Assembly: GCA_959020685.1 (NCBI GenBank)
Contig: CAUETL010000001.1
Span: forward strand, 1 to 39,868
Source: Haemophilus parainfluenzae
GTDB lineage: Bacteria > Pseudomonadota > Gammaproteobacteria > Enterobacterales > Pasteurellaceae
Length of the DNA: 39,868 nucleotides
Reading direction: 5' to 3'
Shown here: positions 33,658 to 39,868 of the stretch, one piece after another
How the letters are laid out: each line of letters starts with the position of its first letter
Numbering within the stretch: position 1 is the first letter of the stretch
Translations under genes and position numbers: made by a program
The notes under the pieces: model-generated
Database searches by the model: none
The model's input: only the letters and a program-made list of their open reading frames with translations
Told to the model about the DNA's origin: nothing

Positions 33658-34392
33658 ATGCGTATTCCAAGAATTTATCATCCAGAATCCCTTAAAAATC
33701 AATCTACTTGCCAACTTTCAGAGGATGCGGCTAATCACGTAGGACGTGTACTGCGTATGACTGAAGGTGAGCAAATTGAATTATTTGATGGAAGTAATCA
33801 TATTTATCCAGCGAAAATTATTGAAGCGAGCAAAAAAGCCGTTAAAGTAGACATTCTTGGTTGTGAATTAAGTGATAAAGAGTCGAATTTATCGATTCAT
33901 TTGGGGCAGGTTATTTCACGCGGCGATCGAATGGAATTTACCATTCAAAAATCCGTAGAGTTGGGCGTGAACGTGATTACACCATTATGGTCAGAACGCT
34001 GTGGGGTGAAGTTGGGTGGCGAACGCATGGATAAGAAAATCCAACAATGGCAAAAAATTGCCATTGCGGCTTGTGAACAATGTGGCCGTAATATTGTGCC
34101 AGAAATTCGTCCGTTAATGAAATTACAAGATTGGTGTGCAGAAAATGATGGCGCGTTGAAATTGAATTTACATCCAAGAGCCCAATATTCTATTAAAACC
34201 TTGCCTTCCATTCCAAAAGAAGGGGTTCGTTTGCTTATTGGTTCAGAAGGTGGTTTATCACCTCAAGAAATCGCTCAAACTGAACAACAAGGATTTACTG
34301 AAATTTTATTAGGAAAGCGTGTGTTACGTACAGAAACAGCCTCTTTAGCGGCGATTAGTGCGTTGCAAATTTGTTTTGGAGATTTGGGATAA
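33658..34392 (+). CDS. rsmE: 16S rRNA m3U1498 methyltransferase RsmE
   Basis: [21 protein letters not shown] and [11 protein letters not shown] motifs. Confidence 0.96.
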   Translation: MRIPRIYHPESLKNQSTCQLSEDAANHVGRVLRMTEGEQIELFDGSNHIYPAKIIEASKKAVKVDILGCELSDKESNLSIHLGQVISRGDRMEFTIQKSVELGVNVITPLWSERCGVKLGGERMDKKIQQWQKIAIAACEQCGRNIVPEIRPLMKLQDWCAENDGALKLNLHPRAQYSIKTLPSIPKEGVRLLIGSEGGLSPQEIAQTEQQGFTEILLGKRVLRTETASLAAISALQICFGDLG

Positions 34393-34952
34393 TGATGGAT
34401 TTACAAGGGCAATTTTTAATTGCGATGCCACAGTTGGAGGATTATTTCCAAAATACCGTAGTGTATATGTGTGAGCATAATGAGCAAGGTTCGATGGGTT
34501 TAGTGATTAATCAACCCACCGATTTAAGCATTGCTGAGCTGTATTCAAAAATGAATTTTATGATGAAAAATGACCGCACTTTTAGCAACGAACTTGTGCT
34601 TGCGGGTGGTCCGGTGCATTCTGAGCGTGGTTTTATTCTGCATAAGAAAACCGCGAAAGAATTTGAGCATAGTTATAAAATTACCGATGAGATGTTTCTG
34701 ACCACTTCGGCAGATATTGTGGAAACCTTTGGTTCAGAGGATGCGCCCGAAAAATATCTTGTTGCGCTCGGTTGTGCAAGTTGGACAGATGGACAGCTAG
34801 AACAAGAGATTGCGGATAATGCGTGGTTAGTGGCGCCAGCTTCAGACACCATTTTATTTGAAACGATTTATGAAGATCGTTATTCTGCCGCGAATCAATT
34901 ATTAGGAATTAATCCTCATAATTTTGTCTTTTCACAAGTGGGGCACAGTTAA
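34392..34952 (+). CDS. yqgE: YqgE/AlgH (UPF0301) family protein
   Basis: [20 protein letters not shown] and GQLEQEI motifs. Start at the TAATG overlap with rsmE. Confidence 0.92.
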   Translation: MMDLQGQFLIAMPQLEDYFQNTVVYMCEHNEQGSMGLVINQPTDLSIAELYSKMNFMMKNDRTFSNELVLAGGPVHSERGFILHKKTAKEFEHSYKITDEMFLTTSADIVETFGSEDAPEKYLVALGCASWTDGQLEQEIADNAWLVAPASDTILFETIYEDRYSAANQLLGINPHNFVFSQVGHS

Positions 34953-35371
34953 TGGGCATCACTGCAATCGCGTTTGATTTCGGTACAAAAAGCATCGGTT
35001 GTGCAGTCGGGCAAAGTATCACGGGTACGGCGCAAGCCTTGCCTGCATTTAAAGCGCAAGATGGGATTCCAAATTGGGATGCTATTGAAAAATGCTTAAA
35101 AGACTGGAAGCCTGATGTTATTGTGGTAGGATTGCCTTTAAATATGGATGGTACCGAGCAAGATTTAACACTTCGTGCGAAAAAATTTGCCAACCGCTTA
35201 AATGGTCGTTTCGGTATCAAAGTAGAACTGCAAGATGAGCGCTTAACGACGGTTTCTGCTCGAGATGAAATTTTTCAGCGTGGTGGTTATCGTGCTCTTA
35301 ATAAAGGTAAAGTAGATGGGATTTCTGCTTGCTTGATTTTAGAAAGTTGGTTTGAAAACTATTCAGAATAA
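34952..35371 (+). CDS. ruvX: YqgF/RuvX putative pre-16S rRNA nuclease
   Basis: [24 protein letters not shown] and DERLTT motifs. Confidence 0.94.
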   Translation: MGITAIAFDFGTKSIGCAVGQSITGTAQALPAFKAQDGIPNWDAIEKCLKDWKPDVIVVGLPLNMDGTEQDLTLRAKKFANRLNGRFGIKVELQDERLTTVSARDEIFQRGGYRALNKGKVDGISACLILESWFENYSE

Positions 35372-35380
35372 GCCAAAAAT

Positions 35381-35404
35381 AAACCGCACTTTAAGGTGCG
35401 GTTT
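35381..35404. terminator. USS-containing hairpin between convergent ruvX and pgeF
   Basis: AAACCGCAC-TTTAAG-GTGCGGTTT. Confidence 0.65.
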
Positions 35405-35419
35405 GTTGTATTTATGAGT

Positions 35420-36157
35420 TTATTTTTTTATCCAAATCAGACTCGCCATTCGGCCTGTTTTGCCATCTCGACGATAGGAAAAGAAGCTCTCTTTTTCAGT
35501 AAAGGTACAATGCTCCCCACCGTAAATTTGGGTAATACCTAATTTATTGAGGCGTTGTGTGGCGATTTGATAAAGATTGCCGAGGTATTTTCCGGATTCA
35601 TTCGGATCGGGTCGAAAAGCCATTTCTGCAATCGGGTCAAAAGCCATAAATTGCTTAATTACTTCTTTACCAACTTGGAATGCATTAGGGCCGATAGCAG
35701 GCCCAAACCACGCAATAATCTCTTCGGGGGCAGATTGGAAACATTTCACGGTTTCTTCTAATACACCATCACAGAGTCCACGCCAGCCCGCATGGGCTGC
35801 TGCCACTTCAGTCCCTTGCTTATTGGTGAATAAAACTGGCAAGCAATCAGCCGTCATCACCAAACATACATGGTTCGGTTGATTAGTGTAAACCGCATCA
35901 GCCTCTAAATCATTGCCCTCATAAGGTACCGTAATTACACGAGTGCTGTGCGTTTGAGTTAAAAACAACGGGAAATGTGGCAGATTAAATTTTTCGACCA
36001 GTAAAGTGCGGTTAGTTTTGACCGCACTTTTATCATCTTCGACATGATCACCCAAATTGAAACTATCGAAAGGCGGCAGGCTTACGCCACCTTCTCTTGT
36101 GGTTGTAACAGCTTGGATATGTGGTGGAACATTCCAGTTTGGAACAATGGTTTTCAT
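35420..36157 (-). CDS. pgeF: peptidoglycan editing factor PgeF (YfiH)
   Basis: TADCLPV, AAHAGWRG and FFSYRR motifs; downstream of rluD. Confidence 0.93.
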   Translation of the reverse strand: MKTIVPNWNVPPHIQAVTTTREGGVSLPPFDSFNLGDHVEDDKSAVKTNRTLLVEKFNLPHFPLFLTQTHSTRVITVPYEGNDLEADAVYTNQPNHVCLVMTADCLPVLFTNKQGTEVAAAHAGWRGLCDGVLEETVKCFQSAPEEIIAWFGPAIGPNAFQVGKEVIKQFMAFDPIAEMAFRPDPNESGKYLGNLYQIATQRLNKLGITQIYGGEHCTFTEKESFFSYRRDGKTGRMASLIWIKK

Positions 36158-36158
36158 C

Positions 36159-37133
36159 TTAATAATCCAACTCGTCTTTGTGTTCGAGGTAATCCGCTTT
36201 TAAGGCATGCAGTAGTTCGACAAAGTCATCCGGCAATGGCGCATACCATTCCATCATTTCTCCCGTAATTGGGTGAGCTAAACGCAACATAACCGCATGT
36301 AAGGCTTGGCGTTTAAAATTGCGTAGCACTTCAGTAAAGGCTTCGCTTGCATTTTTAGGTGGGCGAGGGCGGCCTCCGTAAGTTTGATCACCCAATAGTG
36401 GATGCGCAATATGTGCCATGTGTACACGAATTTGGTGAGTACGACCCGTTTCTAAACGTAAGCGTAAACGGGTGTAATTACGGAAGTTTTCCATAATGCG
36501 ATAGTGCGTAACCGCCGGTTTACCCATTGGGTGAACCGCCATCAATGTGCGTTTGGTGGCGTGACGAGCCATTGGCTGATCTACTGTGCCACCTTTGGTC
36601 ATAATACCACTTGCGACGGCTTCGTATTCACGAGTGATCTTACGTTTTTGTAAGTCACGTACGAGTTTGGTTTGTGCAGGAATGGTTTTAGCGACAACCA
36701 TGAGACCCGTTGTGTCTTTATCTAAACGATGCACAATCCCTGCACGTGGTACTTCGGCAATAGGTGGATAGTGATAGAGTAGCGCATTAAGCACGGTACC
36801 ATCTGGATTACCCGCACCAGGGTGAACCACGAGATCTTTAGGTTTATTAATCACGATAATATCGTCATCTTCATAAACGATATTGAGTGGAATATTTTGT
36901 GGCTCAAAACGGTTTTCATCTTCCACTTCTACCGAAATTTCAATTTGCTCGCCGCCATAAACTTTTGCACGTGGAATATCGGCAATTTCACCGTTCATTT
37001 TTACCTGTTTTGCTTCAATCCAGGTTTTTAAACGCGAACGGGAATATTCTGGGAACAACTCAGCGAGGGTTTGGTCTAAACGCTGTCCCATTTGTTCGGG
37101 CTGAATTTCAGCCGTTAAGGTAATTTGTGGCAT
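36159..37133 (-). CDS. rluD: 23S rRNA pseudouridine synthase RluD
   Basis: S4 domain; GIVHRLDKDTTG, LETGRTHQIRVH and RQALHA motifs. Confidence 0.96.
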   Translation of the reverse strand: MPQITLTAEIQPEQMGQRLDQTLAELFPEYSRSRLKTWIEAKQVKMNGEIADIPRAKVYGGEQIEISVEVEDENRFEPQNIPLNIVYEDDDIIVINKPKDLVVHPGAGNPDGTVLNALLYHYPPIAEVPRAGIVHRLDKDTTGLMVVAKTIPAQTKLVRDLQKRKITREYEAVASGIMTKGGTVDQPMARHATKRTLMAVHPMGKPAVTHYRIMENFRNYTRLRLRLETGRTHQIRVHMAHIAHPLLGDQTYGGRPRPPKNASEAFTEVLRNFKRQALHAVMLRLAHPITGEMMEWYAPLPDDFVELLHALKADYLEHKDELDY

Positions 37134-37160
37134 AAAAAATCCATCTAAAAATTTAAAAAG

Positions 37161-37189
37161 TTGGCTTATTGTGTAATGTTCTATACAAT
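37161..37189 (+). promoter_or_regulatory. putative sigma70 promoter of bamD
   Basis: TTGGCT-17 nt-TACAAT. Confidence 0.45.
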
Positions 37190-37242
37190 ATTCGTTAATT
37201 GTAACTTATTTATTGATTTTCGTAAAAATTAAGGAAAAAAGA

Positions 37243-38034
37243 ATGCGTAAAATAAAATCTCTTGCACTTATTGCATTGACCTCATTCGCTATTGCAGCTT
37301 GTAGCAGTGGTAATAAAGAAGTGGAGCAAGCTTCTGTTGATGATCTTTATGCAAAAGGGGCGGCGGCATTGCAAGAAGGAAGCTATTCTGACTCGATTCG
37401 TTATTTAAAAGCGGCGACAGAACGTTTCCCTGGCAGTACTTACCAAGAGCAAGCAATGCTTGATTTAATTTATGCAAACTATAAAACACAAGATTACACA
37501 GCAACGTTGGTTACTGTAGATAACTTCTTACAGCAATTCCCACAAAGCCCAAACCGTGACTATGCAGTGTATATGGCGGGTTTAACAAACTTAGCAACGG
37601 CTGATAACATGATCCAAGATTTCTTTGGCATCGATCGTGCAACGCGTGAAACAACTTCAATGAAAACGGCGTTTGCAAACTGCCAAAGCTTAGTGCGTGC
37701 GTTCCCAAATAGCCCATATTCACAAGATGCAGTAGCGCGTATGGCATACATCAAAGACTCATTAGCACGTCATGAATTAGAAATTGCTAAATTCTATGCA
37801 AAACGTGATGCGTGGGTCGCGGTATCAAACCGTGTAGTGGGTATGTTGCAACAATATCCGGATGCAAAAGCGACTTACGAAGGTTTATTCTTAATGAAAG
37901 AAGCATACGAGAAAATGGGTTTACAACAATTAGCGAACCAAACTCAGCAAGTTATCGATGCGAATAAAGATAAACAATTTGCGGAAGTGAAAAAACCGGA
38001 AGAATCTGATTTAACTCAACCGGTTAAAAAATAA
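37243..38034 (+). CDS. bamD: outer membrane protein assembly factor BamD (ComL)
   Basis: Lipobox IAAC, TPR repeats, LARHELEIAKFY; divergent from rluD. Start set at ATG 37243 (SD AAGGA). Confidence 0.94.
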   Translation: MRKIKSLALIALTSFAIAACSSGNKEVEQASVDDLYAKGAAALQEGSYSDSIRYLKAATERFPGSTYQEQAMLDLIYANYKTQDYTATLVTVDNFLQQFPQSPNRDYAVYMAGLTNLATADNMIQDFFGIDRATRETTSMKTAFANCQSLVRAFPNSPYSQDAVARMAYIKDSLARHELEIAKFYAKRDAWVAVSNRVVGMLQQYPDAKATYEGLFLMKEAYEKMGLQQLANQTQQVIDANKDKQFAEVKKPEESDLTQPVKK

Positions 38035-38127
38035 TTCTCGTCCCTTGTGGGACGAGCTTGAATAAGCAAAATTATTCAAATAAAGGCTAGTCAAACTAAT
38101 CAAATTGAGCTAGTATAAATTTAAAAG

Positions 38128-38321
38128 ATTTCCTGGGGTGTTCGTGGATGGGTTATGTCCCTGAGCCGATACTTAGAACTTTATAAATCGGTTTCCCGCC
38201 ATTGGTGTGTAGGCTTGACCTTTGACTTTGTCATTGGACTAAAGAAACCTAAAAATGGCCTTACCGGTTTCCTTGGACCGTCGGGTTCAAGGACTACTAC
38301 TCGTAGCGGCACTCTGGGACC
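38128..38321 (+). ncRNA. ssrS: 6S RNA
   Basis: Blocks shared with E. coli 6S as I recall it (GTGTTCG, CCCTGAGCCGATA, CCTTGGACC, GGGTTCAAGG, GCGGCA). 5' TCCTGGGGTG pairs with 3' CACTCTGGGA. Directly upstream of ygfA; promoter-like TAGTCA-17-TAGTAT at 38088-38116. Ends approximate. Confidence 0.9.
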
Positions 38322-38350
38322 TTTCTCTTAAATCCATTCTTTCCAGTCGA

Positions 38351-38923
38351 ATGAAATCAACACAGCAAACGCTTCGCAATCAACTCCGTCAACAAATTCG
38401 TAAAACACGAGCAAATTTGACCGCACTTCAGCAACAACAGGCGGAAGATTCCATCACTCAACAAGCGCTTGCATTTATTGAAGAACGAAATGCGCAGCAT
38501 ATTGCCTTGTATGTTTCCTTTGATGGTGAAATCTCCACAGAGAAACTTATTAAAACCCTTTGGGCACAAGATAAGCACGTTTATTTGCCGGTATTGCACC
38601 CTTTCAATCCTAACCATCTTTTGTTTTTACGTTATTTGCCAGATACACCGATGCTGAAAAATAAATTTGGCATTTGGGAGCCCAAACTCAATGTGCAAAA
38701 CGTATTGCCTTTGGATGAATTAGATATTCTTTTTACACCACTTGTCGCTTTTGATAAACAAGGTAATCGCCTTGGCATGGGCGGTGGTTTTTATGATCGT
38801 ACCTTACAAAATTGGCGAAATGCTTCTTTTATCCCTGTGGGATTAGCCCATCAATGTCAGCAAGTCGAACAGCTTCCAACTGAAGCGTGGGACGTGCCAC
38901 TTCATCAAATCTTAGTCGCTTAA
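38351..38923 (+). CDS. ygfA: 5-formyltetrahydrofolate cyclo-ligase (YgfA/Fau)
   Basis: PLVAFDKQGNRLGMGGGFYDR motif. Start moved to ATG 38351 because the track start lies inside 6S RNA. Confidence 0.93.
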   Translation: MKSTQQTLRNQLRQQIRKTRANLTALQQQQAEDSITQQALAFIEERNAQHIALYVSFDGEISTEKLIKTLWAQDKHVYLPVLHPFNPNHLLFLRYLPDTPMLKNKFGIWEPKLNVQNVLPLDELDILFTPLVAFDKQGNRLGMGGGFYDRTLQNWRNASFIPVGLAHQCQQVEQLPTEAWDVPLHQILVA

Positions 38924-38977
38924 ACCTATCAAGAAGTAAAGTTTGATAGAAAAAATTAAAAATTGTTGATTTTTTCT

Positions 38978-39006
38978 CTTGAAATACCAAAAAAGGGTCT
39001 TATTTA
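38978..39006 (+). promoter_or_regulatory. putative sigma32 promoter of clpB
   Basis: CTTGAAA-13 nt-TCTTATTTA resembles the RpoH consensus CTTGAAA-N13/14-CCCCATNT. Confidence 0.55.
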
Positions 39007-39058
39007 ATAACTCGTAAAGGGGATGACCCCAAGAATTTAATCAGGAGAAGATAAGCAT

Positions 39059-39868
39059 ATGAATATTGAAAAATTTACCACAAAATTCCAACAAGCACTC
39101 AGTGAAGCACAATCATTGGCGCTAGGTAAAGATAATCAGTTTATCGAACCAGTGCATTTATTGACCGCACTTTTAAATCAACAGGACGGTTCAATTGCAC
39201 CAATTTTAACGACCAGTGGCGTGAACGTGGCATTATTGCGTAATGAATTAAATGCCGAATTGAATAAATTGCCACAAGTGTCGGGTAATGGCGGTGATGT
39301 GCAAATTTCCCGTCAATTACTTAACTTATTGAATTTATGTGACAAATTAGCTCAACAAAAACAAGATAAATTTATTTCCAGTGAATTGTTCTTATTAGCT
39401 GCGCTTGAAGAGCGAGGCGCATTAAATGACATTTTGAAAAAATGTGGTGCGAAAAAAGAACAAATTTTACAAGCGATCCAACATATTCGTGGAGGACAAA
39501 GCGTGAACGATCAAAATGCAGAAGAAAGCAGACAAGCTCTTGAAAAATATACAATTGATTTAACAGCTCGTGCTGAAAGCGGCAAACTCGACCCGGTGAT
39601 TGGTCGTGATGAAGAAATTCGTCGCGCCATTCAAGTATTACAACGTCGTACCAAAAACAACCCAGTATTAATCGGTGAGCCAGGTGTAGGTAAAACCGCT
39701 ATCGTGGAAGGTTTGGCACAACGTATTGTCAATGGTGAAGTGCCAGAAGGCTTAAAAAACAAACGTGTGCTTTCTTTAGATATGGGCGCCTTGATTGCCG
39801 GTGCGAAATACCGCGGTGAATTTGAAGAGCGCTTAAAAGCCGTTTTAAATGAGTTATCAAAAGAAGAA
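39059..39868 (+). CDS. clpB: ATP-dependent chaperone ClpB (5' part, runs off the window)
   Basis: Manual translation [23 protein letters not shown]...[12 protein letters not shown]...[14 protein letters not shown]...[20 protein letters not shown]. Confidence 0.96.
   Translation, partial: MNIEKFTTKFQQALSEAQSLALGKDNQFIEPVHLLTALLNQQDGSIAPILTTSGVNVALLRNELNAELNKLPQVSGNGGDVQISRQLLNLLNLCDKLAQQKQDKFISSELFLLAALEERGALNDILKKCGAKKEQILQAIQHIRGGQSVNDQNAEESRQALEKYTIDLTARAESGKLDPVIGRDEEIRRAIQVLQRRTKNNPVLIGEPGVGKTAIVEGLAQRIVNGEVPEGLKNKRVLSLDMGALIAGAKYRGEFEERLKAVLNELSKEE

Noticed and set aside
37201..37228. Possible sigmaE promoter for bamD (GTAACTT...)
   Set aside because: -10 element and spacing fit poorly; a sigma70-like pair upstream fits better.
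38255..38350. N-terminal extension of YgfA
   Set aside because: Lies mostly inside the 6S RNA gene; ATG 38351 gives a normal-length protein.

Overview
Core-chromosome segment of a Pasteurellaceae bacterium, most likely a Haemophilus. H. parainfluenzae-like is an inference from about 30 hand-counted AAGTGCGGT uptake signal sequences and from protein similarity as I recall it. Order: small basic ORF, mltF, deaD, nlpI, pnp (all -); YhcH-family gene (+); yeeD, yeeE, cyuA-like cysteine desulfidase, cupin, polA (-); zapA (+); queH, ispB (-); rplU, rpmA, EamA transporter, obgE (+); zinc-free ribosomal paralogues rpmJ2 and rpmE2, smpB, arcA (-); dsbD, DoxX, purH, purD, DUF711 gene, two paralogous lipoproteins, glyA, DUF1294 (+); dsbB, nhaB (-); fadR, rsmE, yqgE, ruvX (+); pgeF, rluD (-); bamD, 6S RNA, ygfA, 5' part of clpB (+). 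I saw no tRNA, rRNA, CRISPR array, IS or phage genes. Features absent from the ORF track: a 47-aa very basic ORF (92-235), rpmJ2, 6S RNA and partial clpB. Best leads: (i) Fur-type rather than Zur-type boxes over the rpmE2-rpmJ2 promoter; (ii) a DUF711 gene plus a tandem lipoprotein pair between purD and glyA, downstream of a PurR box; (iii) a cupin/CyuA/YeeE/YeeD sulfur cluster; (iv) the 47-aa basic protein. All functional claims about these leads are hypotheses.
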